A stretch of DNA of 64,000 bases from Halobacteriales archaeon (GTDB lineage Archaea > Halobacteriota > Halobacteria > Halobacteriales > SKSH01): positions 19,851 through 83,850 of the forward strand of contig SKSD01000056.1 of NCBI GenBank assembly GCA_007118145.1, read 5' to 3'. Under the pieces are notes generated by a model. It saw only the letters and a list, made by a program, of their open reading frames with translations, was not told the DNA's origin and did no database searches. A program made the position numbers and the translations under genes. This document shows, piece by piece, positions 45,592 through 54,427 of the stretch (the stretch's first letter is position 1; each line of letters starts with the position of its first letter).

Positions 45592-46811
45592 TCTGATTCA
45601 CCCCCGGCGAGTTCATCGATGTAATCATAATCACCATCTTGCATCCCGTGATCCTCATAGGCAACCGGGCCCTGGATCGGGTCGGCGTTCTTCGACGGCT
45701 CCATGCCGATAAAGACGATATTGGGGTCATTCCCCTTCTCCTCAAGTAGTTTGAACTGATTCGCCTCCCCCTTCTCTTGGAGGTACCGTCGTGGATCGCT
45801 GTGGGGATTGTTCATGTCGCCGAAATGGATTACACCGAACGGACATGCCTGCTCACAGGCTGTCGTCCCACGAAGCTCGGGGTCATCGGCGTCCTGGCGA
45901 TGGACGCAGAATGTGCATTTCCCCATGACGCCAGCCGGGGGAGGACCACCGACGGGTTTACCGTCACGTCCAATCCTGTCACCATCGAACCCGTCAGATA
46001 TCTCTTCGTTAGGCTCATCGCTGCCGAGGTAGTTGACCCCGTACGGACAGGCCACTTGACAATATCGACAGCCGATACACAGGTCGTAATCTGTCAGCAC
46101 AACGCCGTCCTCAGTCCGTTTGTACCGTGCCTGTGTCGGGCATACATACGTGCAGGTGGGTTCAGAGCAGTGCTGACAGTGACGGGTGAGATATCCCTCC
46201 CGCGTCCCGCCCGCATGCTCGTCCTCGTAGCGAAAGACGTACGGCCAGTGCACGCCGATGTCGGTATCGTTCTCCTCCTTACATGCCAGCGAGCACTGGA
46301 GACAGGCGACACAGCGTTCAGTATCGACCACCATCCCAAGCTGTTTTCTGTGAGGTATCTCGTCGATAATCCCCTCGTCGGTTACCTCACCGTCGATATC
46401 GTCTCGGATCTCTGATTCGCCGCCGAGGGTGTCCTCGAGCGAGGCATCAGTCCCGATACAACCGGCAAGACCCGTTGTCCCGGCAATCGATAGGCCACCA
46501 AGTGCTTTCAACACGCGCCGTCGGGACCGCCCGTCCGTATCGGGAACCTTGGGGAGCGGTTCGGATTCGTCACTTTCTCGCCCCGCCGACCGTCGTGTAG
46601 GGCGTTCGTCGATACCGAACTCCGACTGGACTGCCTCCGTGTACCGCTCATGGAATTCGGCCTTCGAGAGCCCCCCTTTCGCGATGCTCAGGGCGTCCTC
46701 GGCCATCTCTCTCCCAAGCTGGATGTCGAAGCCGCTACCGTCCAGTTGCTCTTCGACCCAGTCGTCCCAGCCTGGTTCATTCGGGTCAGGGGGTAAGTCC
46801 ATGGATTCCAT
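45588..46811 (-). CDS. NrfC/PsrB/DmsB-type 4x[4Fe-4S] protein with a Tat motif preceded by a ~95-aa N-terminal domain
   Basis: Four Cys clusters: CVACLQCSLAC, CQHCSEPTCTYVCP, CIGCRYCQVACP and CTFC...CEQACP. GRSRRRVLKALGGLSIAGTTGLAGC lies at residues ~94-118. Confidence 0.8.
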   Translation of the reverse strand: MESMDLPPDPNEPGWDDWVEEQLDGSGFDIQLGREMAEDALSIAKGGLSKAEFHERYTEAVQSEFGIDERPTRRSAGRESDESEPLPKVPDTDGRSRRRVLKALGGLSIAGTTGLAGCIGTDASLEDTLGGESEIRDDIDGEVTDEGIIDEIPHRKQLGMVVDTERCVACLQCSLACKEENDTDIGVHWPYVFRYEDEHAGGTREGYLTRHCQHCSEPTCTYVCPTQARYKRTEDGVVLTDYDLCIGCRYCQVACPYGVNYLGSDEPNEEISDGFDGDRIGRDGKPVGGPPPAGVMGKCTFCVHRQDADDPELRGTTACEQACPFGVIHFGDMNNPHSDPRRYLQEKGEANQFKLLEEKGNDPNIVFIGMEPSKNADPIQGPVAYEDHGMQDGDYDYIDELAGGESE

Positions 46812-47104
46812 TCAGCAAGTCACTGGCTCCAACTTATGTGCGAAGGACCGAGAAACAATCTTTGAAAACTACAGTCTTTTATAACCTCTGCAGTGCCGTG
46901 GATACTTACCGTCGGTCTGGCGATGTCGTAACGTGGCGTTGCGAAGCTGGCCGGTTATTGAAAGTAACCGAGCGCAAGCCCACGGCTTCAGCCGTGGGAG
47001 GCTGTCAATCTCACCCGGATGGACCGCCATTTCTGGCGTCGATTTAAAGGTCTTAATACTACAAACAAGAGGTTTCCTGGCGCTGTCTCCATTATTCGAC
47101 GAGG

Positions 47105-48445
47105 ATGAGTGACAATAACGCTTCCCCGGAAGGAGATGAGCCGGGAGTCGGTTCGGCGATTGACCTCGTGAACCGCGATGGTCCGGTAGATAGTTCACGA
47201 CGAAAATTCATGCTGGCCGGCGCTGCCACCTGGGCGTCGATATCTCTAGCGGGGTGCACGGATTTGTTGAGCAACGAGGAGGAACCCGAGGAGACGGTAC
47301 CCCATTTCGTCGTGACCGACGAGGTATTTGCTGGATCGGCAGGTATCCCCGAAGGTGCGGAGGGATTTTTCGTCCCAGGCCAACCGCTCAGAGCATTCAT
47401 CCCGGGGATGCAAGCGGTATTCAAAATCGGCGTCTGGGATCCAGAAACGGGTGCCATCGTGAGCGACGTCGCTCTCGACGAGGTCTTGGTCGATCTCGAT
47501 AGGGCCGAGGAGATCGAGCTCATCTTCGCACGCAACGACCGAGAATGGACCGGTGACTGGAACATCCCCGAAGATGAGGAAACTGGGACCGTGACGTATG
47601 AGGTCAGCGTCACGAACGCAGCGGAATTCACCCAGGTTGGGATCGCGGAGAACGAGCTAGAAATTGTCGACTTTCAACCACTGTTCACGAGCTACGTAGT
47701 GACCGACGACACGTACGCGACGGAGACCAGAGCAGGCGGGTACGTCCAATCGTGTCTACCCCAACACAATTTTTCCTCAGATATGGCCATCGGGTTCGAC
47801 ATCGGCATCTACGATGGGTCGACCGGGGACCCGGTCGGGCCCGATACCGTCGATGAGGTCGTCATCGAGTTCGAGGTGGGCGAGCCATCGACGATGGAGC
47901 TCGAGTGGGACGAGGACGACGAGCTCTGGAACAACGTCTGGAGGGGCACCCCGGACGATTTCACCGGGACGCTCACCTACGAGGTGCAGGTGACCAACGA
48001 GGCTGAGTTTAACCAGGTAGGCGTCTACCAGGGGTCGGTCGAGATTATCGACGCAGCAGCCGATCCGACAGCGACGTACGTGGTGACGGATGATACGTAT
48101 TCGACCGAGACCCGGGCAGATGGGTTCGTGCAGTCATGCTTGCCCCAGCACACGTTCACCCCCGAGATGCCAGTCGGGTTCGACATCGGCATCTACGATG
48201 GGTCGACTGGGGACCCGGTCGGGCCTGATACCGTCGACGAGGTGGTCATCGAATTCGAGGTGGGCGATCCATCGACGATGGAGCTCGAGTGGGACGAGGA
48301 CGACGAGCTCTGGAACAACGTCTGGAGGGGCATCCCGGACGATTTCACCGGGACGCTCACCTACGAGGTGCAGGTGACCAACGCGGGCGAGTTCTATCGC
48401 GTAGGCGTCTATCAGGGATCGTTCCAAGTCATCGAAGAGCCGTAG
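47105..48445 (+). CDS. Tat lipoprotein built from three ~128-aa repeats, unknown function
   Basis: DSSRRKFMLAGAATWASISLAGC. A GTG at 47168 would give a canonical signal (MNRDGPVDSSRRKF...). Units 2 and 3 are near-duplicates. Confidence 0.7.
   Translation: MSDNNASPEGDEPGVGSAIDLVNRDGPVDSSRRKFMLAGAATWASISLAGCTDLLSNEEEPEETVPHFVVTDEVFAGSAGIPEGAEGFFVPGQPLRAFIPGMQAVFKIGVWDPETGAIVSDVALDEVLVDLDRAEEIELIFARNDREWTGDWNIPEDEETGTVTYEVSVTNAAEFTQVGIAENELEIVDFQPLFTSYVVTDDTYATETRAGGYVQSCLPQHNFSSDMAIGFDIGIYDGSTGDPVGPDTVDEVVIEFEVGEPSTMELEWDEDDELWNNVWRGTPDDFTGTLTYEVQVTNEAEFNQVGVYQGSVEIIDAAADPTATYVVTDDTYSTETRADGFVQSCLPQHTFTPEMPVGFDIGIYDGSTGDPVGPDTVDEVVIEFEVGDPSTMELEWDEDDELWNNVWRGIPDDFTGTLTYEVQVTNAGEFYRVGVYQGSFQVIEEP
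47693..48445 (+). repeat. in-frame tandem duplication, period 384 bp
   Basis: 47792-47999 versus 48176-48383 differ at 7 of 208 positions by my count. The 5' ~100 nt of each unit are much more diverged. Confidence 0.85.
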
Positions 48446-48620
48446 CCAACCTAGAGGTGTCGACGCGTAGCAGCGATAGTGCGTCGTCTCCATCCATGCG
48501 AGTTAGCCTATGTTCCAGTCTGTCTGGCGGCTTTTGCAGGAGCCTTGGAATGTGTCTTAAATAAGGCTGTAATATCGGTACGAACGACCATTGGCGTTTC
48601 CAGATAATCTGGAATCGACA

Positions 48621-49280
48621 ATGGATGCCCACCAGCGAATGGATCACGTCTCCGAGGATTCAACCGGAGAGGCGATTCGAACGACGGTCGATAAGGTTGT
48701 CGCGGCAGGGCAGTTACTCGCCTCACCGCGAAAGTGTGCCACCTGGCACGAATGCTGGCTTTACGACGGTCTGACCATTCAGGATATCGCCGAGCATACC
48801 GGTATCCCACAAAGCACCACGTACGACCTCACTCGGGAGATGACCGCCGAGGGAAGCCTCTTCAGCGTCGGAACCACGGCATCGAACGCCTCCATCATGA
48901 AACCCACTTCGATGCAGTTTTTCGTCTCAAGCCATCCAGAGGGGATTGGGCCCCAATACAACGTACACAGCACGTTGATCGGTGTACTCGGACGAGGCAC
49001 AACGACGGATGATGTTGAGACGTTTCTGGAACGAAACAACTACACCCAGCTTTCGGAGGCAATCACCGGTGTCCTTTCTATCCTCTCCAACGAGGACATC
49101 GAGATGCCTCTCGAATCGCATTTCGGATGGATGAAATCGATTGATGCCCGTCTCATCGAGGGTCACATCGCGGCAGTCCTCGAACTCGAATCACACGCCC
49201 CTGGAATCGAATGGGTGTTTCCCCTCAATCCCAGGATTCAGCCTGCATCCGGTGATAACGACCGAGAGGTGATCCCATGA
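48621..49280 (+). CDS. putative HTH transcriptional regulator
   Basis: LTIQDIAEHTGIPQSTTYDLTREMTAEGSL is HTH-like. I prefer the ATG at 48621 over the TTG at 48591. The family is not identified. Confidence 0.5.
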   Translation: MDAHQRMDHVSEDSTGEAIRTTVDKVVAAGQLLASPRKCATWHECWLYDGLTIQDIAEHTGIPQSTTYDLTREMTAEGSLFSVGTTASNASIMKPTSMQFFVSSHPEGIGPQYNVHSTLIGVLGRGTTTDDVETFLERNNYTQLSEAITGVLSILSNEDIEMPLESHFGWMKSIDARLIEGHIAAVLELESHAPGIEWVFPLNPRIQPASGDNDREVIP

Positions 49281-50443
49281 GACCGGACCTCGACCATGGA
49301 TATGCACCTGATGAGCCTCGGACTCATACAACCGACACACCAAGGATAACTGCAGAATCATTATCGGTGAGTCCCACACGCCGGACCTTTCTCACCACAG
49401 TTGCCCTCGGGGTTGGGGCTGTCAGCGGTTGCCTGGGATCAAACCGATCTGATGACTATCGATCAGTGACGTATCGCCATCGGTTCGATCGAAGTGGGAT
49501 TGGGTCTGCGGTGTACGATGGAGGGGTTGAACTCGGATCGTGGGAGGCGCACGAGCTCGATGTCGAGTTCAAGATATCCTCCGGTTCGAGAGCGGCGGCA
49601 CAATCGGTCGATGGCGGCCAGGATGATTTCGCGAACGCCGAAATCGCAGCGGTGTTGTCGCTGATTGATGCAGGTGCGCCCTTGACGATACTCGCCCAAG
49701 AGACCACGCCGATGGGTGGGGTGATTACGCTTCGTGAGACGGGTATATCCTCATGGACTGATTTGGCAGGGGTCGAGGTGGGGCGGTTTCCGTGGGGCGT
49801 CACGGGGCAACTGGCGGAAGCTGCGATTACGTCCGAGGGAGGTGACCCCAATGCGGTCGAGTGGCGTAACGTCGAACCCGGTGCACACATTCAGTTACTC
49901 TTGGAGGGAGCCATCGACGGGGCCGTCGCTTACTATCCGCAAGCCGTAACTCGCCTTGAGTTGGCTGGCCATGAGACGCAAGTCCTGCCACTTGGGACCG
50001 TGCTCGATCACCTCGGTAACGCCCTCATCACCCGTCAGGAGATCGTTGACGAGCACCCGGAGGTCGTCGAACGATTTGTTCGTGGATGGCTCGATGCCCA
50101 TGACACGTTCATCTCACGGACCGACGACGTCATCGACGTTCATCGAGATTTGGTACCTAATTTCGATGAAACAGTCGAGCGAGAAGTCCTGCCACTGATT
50201 CTCGCCTCGCGAATCGCACCCGAGACCGACCTCGAATCGGGTATGGGCTGGACGCCGATTGAACGGATGACCAATACGCTGGATATTCTCGAGCAAATCG
50301 ATATGCTCTCATCGGCTGATACACCGGAGACTTACTTCACGAACCGGTTCATCGAAGAGTCACAGGATCGGGCGATAGATATTGCTGAGCGGTATGCACA
50401 GACGCTCGAACAGGATTATGATATCGAACCGACGGCAGTATGA
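49277..50443 (+). CDS. ABC transporter substrate-binding lipoprotein, NitT/TauT (NMT1/SsuA-like) family
   Basis: TRRTFLTTVALGVGAVSGCLG is a Tat signal with lipobox. The ATG at 49277 overlaps the upstream stop (ATGA). A GTG at 49367 would give a conventional signal peptide. Confidence 0.7.
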   Translation: MRPDLDHGYAPDEPRTHTTDTPRITAESLSVSPTRRTFLTTVALGVGAVSGCLGSNRSDDYRSVTYRHRFDRSGIGSAVYDGGVELGSWEAHELDVEFKISSGSRAAAQSVDGGQDDFANAEIAAVLSLIDAGAPLTILAQETTPMGGVITLRETGISSWTDLAGVEVGRFPWGVTGQLAEAAITSEGGDPNAVEWRNVEPGAHIQLLLEGAIDGAVAYYPQAVTRLELAGHETQVLPLGTVLDHLGNALITRQEIVDEHPEVVERFVRGWLDAHDTFISRTDDVIDVHRDLVPNFDETVEREVLPLILASRIAPETDLESGMGWTPIERMTNTLDILEQIDMLSSADTPETYFTNRFIEESQDRAIDIAERYAQTLEQDYDIEPTAV

Positions 50444-51234
50444 ACACGATCGACGGTACCAAGGTGTGGTCGGGCATCACCAGGTTCATCCCACGTTCCT
50501 TACACGAAGCGACGTGGCCACTGGCGATCCTGATAGTGCTTATCGGCGCCTGGGAGGTGGCCATACCCGTCCTCGACGTCCCTGGATACATCCTTCCCCC
50601 ACCATCGGCCGTTGCCTCGGCGTTTGTTGACCACCACCCAACCATTTTCGACGCCTTACTCGTCACGCTGCAGGCATTCGCCATCGCATTCGGTTTGACG
50701 GTCCTCACGGGGTATGTGCTTGCCCTCGCAATGTACGAGTGGACGCCCCTTGAGAAGACGGTATATCCGTACGTCATCGCCGCTCGGGCCATCCCGATTG
50801 TAGCGTTGATTCCAATCTTTGTTATCTGGTTCGGCTTCGGGTTTCGGTCGATCGTGATAATCAGCTACCTCATCAGCGTCTTCGCCATGGTCGTCAACTC
50901 ACTCGCTGGCTTCAAATCGACTGATCCGAAGATCATCGAGATGCTCGACAGTTTCTCTGCGTCTCGTTGGGATCGCTTTCGCCATGTGCACCTGTATGGC
51001 TCGATGCCGCTCGTCCTGGCGGGCACAAAGATTTGCGTCATTCTTGCATTCACGGGCGTCATCGTCGGAGAGTTCCTCATCGGAACGGAGGGGATCGGCT
51101 ATCTGATCATGTCATACAATAGTACGTTTGACACGGCGCCGATGTTTGCTGGCATCGTGACTATCGCCGTTACCCAGTTAAGCCTCTTCGGCGCGGTTGT
51201 GCTGCTTGAACGGTCCCTCATCACCTGGCGATAA
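50440..51234 (+). CDS. ABC transporter permease (NitT/TauT family)
   Basis: 264 aa with about 6 TM helices. ATGA overlap with the SBP gene. Confidence 0.75.
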   Translation: MNTIDGTKVWSGITRFIPRSLHEATWPLAILIVLIGAWEVAIPVLDVPGYILPPPSAVASAFVDHHPTIFDALLVTLQAFAIAFGLTVLTGYVLALAMYEWTPLEKTVYPYVIAARAIPIVALIPIFVIWFGFGFRSIVIISYLISVFAMVVNSLAGFKSTDPKIIEMLDSFSASRWDRFRHVHLYGSMPLVLAGTKICVILAFTGVIVGEFLIGTEGIGYLIMSYNSTFDTAPMFAGIVTIAVTQLSLFGAVVLLERSLITWR

Positions 51235-51261
51235 CGACACCGTTTCGTTGTCACCTGCCGA

Positions 51262-52035
51262 TTAGGTGGTGAGCAGGCCAAGTTCGGCCCGAAGCTCCTG
51301 CTTTAACGCACCGTAACGCCGTGAAGTTTCAATCTCTCGCCGTCGATCGGATCGGGGACGATCGAAGTTGAGGGGAATGTATCTGAGTACCCTGCTCGGA
51401 CGATGCGAGAGAACCACGACGCGGTCGCCCAGAAGTAGCGCTTCATCGATGTCGTGTGTTACAAAAATCACGGTCTTATCGCCGTCCCACAATTGGAGTA
51501 ACTCAGATTGCATACGGTCTTTGGTTTGGGCATCCAAAGCCCCGAACGGTTCGTCCATCAGGAGGACAGCCGGATCCGTTGCGAGTGCCCGTGCCAGCCC
51601 TACACGCTGTTTCATTCCCCCCGAAAGATCGGAGGGATACGCGTCGATCATGTCGGACAGACCCACCCGTTCGATCCACTCCTTCGCTATAGCTGTCCTC
51701 CTTTTCGCCCCATAGCCATGTTGCACGGTTAACCCGAGGGCGACGTTCTCAAGGACGGACTTCCACGGGAGCAGGACGAACTCCTGGAACACCATCGAAA
51801 TATCCTCACGTTGGCCATCGACCGGGTCGTCATCGACGGTGATCCATCCGGAGGTTGGCTCGACCAGCCCAGCGATGGCCTTCAAGAGGGTCGTTTTTCC
51901 ACAACCAGACGGCCCGAGAACGACTAGGAACTCATCTTCATCGACTGCAAATGATAAGTCGTGTAACACGGGATCTGGCTGGTGATTCGATTGATAGGTG
52001 TAGGAGACGTCGGAGAGGGTGATCGAATGGCCCAT
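51262..52035 (-). CDS. ABC transporter ATP-binding protein (NitT/TauT family)
   Basis: Walker A GPSGCGKTT, signature LSGGMKQR, Walker B LLMDEPFGALD. Confidence 0.85.
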   Translation of the reverse strand: MGHSITLSDVSYTYQSNHQPDPVLHDLSFAVDEDEFLVVLGPSGCGKTTLLKAIAGLVEPTSGWITVDDDPVDGQREDISMVFQEFVLLPWKSVLENVALGLTVQHGYGAKRRTAIAKEWIERVGLSDMIDAYPSDLSGGMKQRVGLARALATDPAVLLMDEPFGALDAQTKDRMQSELLQLWDGDKTVIFVTHDIDEALLLGDRVVVLSHRPSRVLRYIPLNFDRPRSDRRREIETSRRYGALKQELRAELGLLTT

Positions 52036-52038
52036 GAA

Positions 52039-52623
52039 TCAACCCTCTAGCTGATGCGCTCGCAGGCACCCCTGCGTATCTGAAGCATCTTCCTCATCGC
52101 CCTGACGTTCGTGGAAATATTGCTCGAGGTTCTCGAAGTATCGATTGACATCGGACTCCACGATCGGTCGCAATAACCCTGGCGTGAGGACGGCGGATCC
52201 TCCCTCGAAGGTGAGATTCGCCCGATATGCGAGTTCGGTCGCCTCATCAGAGGATCGCGACATCTGGAGTGCTGCCGTACCGGTGAATACCGAGTGTGTC
52301 CGGGAATCATAGGCGTCGCCCTTGATCACGACCCAGTTCGGTTCTTCTTTCTCCACAATTTCTACTGTCCCATCGATGCTGAGGGTGAGCCGACTGACCG
52401 ATCGGGTGACATCGAGTGAATACCTCGTATCAGATTGGCGTGTGATGTCATTCGATCCAGGGATGCATGTCGCCAAAAACGCAGGATCCTCAATCTGACG
52501 CCAAAGGTCATCCCGATCACCCTCGATGACGACCCGATCTTCGAACACGAGTTGACGCCCTGTCTCCACTGCTGTCGCCTCCATGACCTCGGCTGCTTCA
52601 GACGCTCGATCACCCTCAGTCAC
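52039..52623 (-). CDS. CoxG/SRPBCC-family protein
   Basis: 194 aa. ...DLWRQIEDPAFLATCIPG...LTLSIDGTVEI... fits the CoxG pattern. Its stop is 3 nt from the ATPase start. Confidence 0.6.
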   Translation of the reverse strand: MTEGDRASEAAEVMEATAVETGRQLVFEDRVVIEGDRDDLWRQIEDPAFLATCIPGSNDITRQSDTRYSLDVTRSVSRLTLSIDGTVEIVEKEEPNWVVIKGDAYDSRTHSVFTGTAALQMSRSSDEATELAYRANLTFEGGSAVLTPGLLRPIVESDVNRYFENLEQYFHERQGDEEDASDTQGCLRAHQLEG

Positions 52624-52698
52624 GATACACCACCCTTGGGGACGGATTTTCCGGGTGTACTATCCGAGTTCCACCTGCGTCACGTGAACACCGTATGC

Positions 52699-54144
52699 TC
52701 ATTGTTCCGTGATCTCGAATGCGAGATGCATGGCCGGAAGTGCTCGCACCGGGTGATTGTTCTGATACGAGAGGTGTGCTTTTTCGCCGACATCCGGAAG
52801 CTCTTCTTTGGTCTCGAAGAAGCTTGGGTACACGTCGATGAAGTGCCATCCCGGTTCGCCACATGCACGCAGCTTCGTTCGAACCACCCCAACGTCCTTT
52901 TCCATGTCGACCCCACACACGTAGCCAAGTGAGCGATTGTCATATACGAAGAAGTAGGCGTTCTCGTAAGTCGGCCAACCGATGCCCGTGAGTTCGATGT
53001 CGATTTCCGTTCCGACCGGCCCACTCGTCGGTTCAAACGTGACGATATCCGGTTGCATGACGAAGCCTGTCACGGCCACTTTGGTCCCGCCGACCTCTGC
53101 GACGATTGGCCGTGTCCCCCCCATTCCATTTGGAATGGTCAGATCGAGCGAGAACGCCCCGGATTCATCGGTCGTCACCGTGGGAAGTACATCCTCGCGT
53201 GGTTCGGGCTCGATGGGGGTCCCCGCCACGCGGTTTCCGACGTGGGTATACCATGTAAGGTCGACCGTTGTACTGGGTGGGAACGCTCGGCCGTGAAGAC
53301 GTGCCGAGGTGCCGGGTTGACCGGATGTCGGCATGATCTCAAGTGTCGCATCGGATTCCACATCGAGTGATGGGAGATGTGAGGCAAGTGGCTCTTCGCT
53401 CACGAGCGAATCCATTGATGTCGACTCAGGCGGGTTTTCCGGTGGTTCCACGGTCACCGTCCATACGGATTGTCGCCCCCCTGCTACAGGCCCGAACGGC
53501 GATTGTGTGTTATTCTGGAGAAACGGGACGCCTCGGAGATTTCGCCACACTTGAATCACGTGATCTCCGGGTGGACCGGTGGCACGAATCTTCGCCGTCG
53601 CCGTGCCGTTGTTCATCGTTCCGGTCATGAATCCAACTACCCCGTTGTCCCAGGCGATTTGGTAGTTGTTCGTGATAGCATTCGGCCCGAGGCCGTAACC
53701 TGTGATGGTGAACGAGTCCCCCAGTTTCGCTCGCGTGGTGTCGAGTTCGAACCAGGGCACTATCGTCACTGAGGTCTTGGCCACTACCTCCCCGGCGGTC
53801 GTCTGTAGCTCGATCCGATGGTCGCCGCCGTAATCCTCGGGGAGTGCCCACTCGTAGGTGACGGTCCCATACGCATCCGTAGAAATTGTATCGATCACCT
53901 CAGAACGGTGTTGGAACTGTGGTCCGATGACCTCGTTCCCTTGCACGATGCCCCAGCCACCCCTGGCGGTGTGCCAGACGATGTCGAGTGGTTCGTCGGG
54001 TGGTAGCTCGCGACCATGGAGGGTGATGTGATCACCGATGTAGGCGGTCGAATCACTCACCACCGCGGTACCTCTGGTTGCATTCTGGGTGTGCTCATCC
54101 AGCTTCGAAGCTGTCTCTGATGATAGACCGGGATTCTTCCTCAT
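52699..54144 (-). CDS. 481-aa protein of four Ig/IPT-like repeats with no signal peptide, unknown function
   Basis: A repeating pattern recurs: GDHITLHGRELPP, LGDSFTITGYGLGP, GQPGTSARLHGRAFPP, GPVGTEIDIELTGIGWP. The N-terminus is polar with no hydrophobic segment. Confidence 0.6.
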   Translation of the reverse strand: MRKNPGLSSETASKLDEHTQNATRGTAVVSDSTAYIGDHITLHGRELPPDEPLDIVWHTARGGWGIVQGNEVIGPQFQHRSEVIDTISTDAYGTVTYEWALPEDYGGDHRIELQTTAGEVVAKTSVTIVPWFELDTTRAKLGDSFTITGYGLGPNAITNNYQIAWDNGVVGFMTGTMNNGTATAKIRATGPPGDHVIQVWRNLRGVPFLQNNTQSPFGPVAGGRQSVWTVTVEPPENPPESTSMDSLVSEEPLASHLPSLDVESDATLEIMPTSGQPGTSARLHGRAFPPSTTVDLTWYTHVGNRVAGTPIEPEPREDVLPTVTTDESGAFSLDLTIPNGMGGTRPIVAEVGGTKVAVTGFVMQPDIVTFEPTSGPVGTEIDIELTGIGWPTYENAYFFVYDNRSLGYVCGVDMEKDVGVVRTKLRACGEPGWHFIDVYPSFFETKEELPDVGEKAHLSYQNNHPVRALPAMHLAFEITEQ

Positions 54145-54427
54145 CGTTACGTATTGAGAGTGTATCCACCGTGGTCGGTGCTTCGCTGGGATATTAAGGC
54201 CTTTAAGAACACCTCGATCAGCGCCCAGCGAGAGGTGATGTGACGACTGGTGGTCAACGGTGATACTCCGGCATCCTACCCTCGACAGGTATCACGCAAC
54301 AAGCCCACCGGTGGTTGTGAGCTTGTGTGTCCAAATGAACCAATGTCGACAGCGACCACACCACCGTCGATCCCGCGAATCCATCGGAGATCGGTTCACC
54401 GTGTACGTTGCCTCGCTGTGGTATCTG

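Noticed and set aside
47693-48445. Tandem repeat as a CRISPR-like or satellite array
   Set aside because: There are only two near-copies, of 384 bp, both in frame inside a coding sequence. There is no short repeat-spacer structure. I saw no CRISPR array anywhere in the window.
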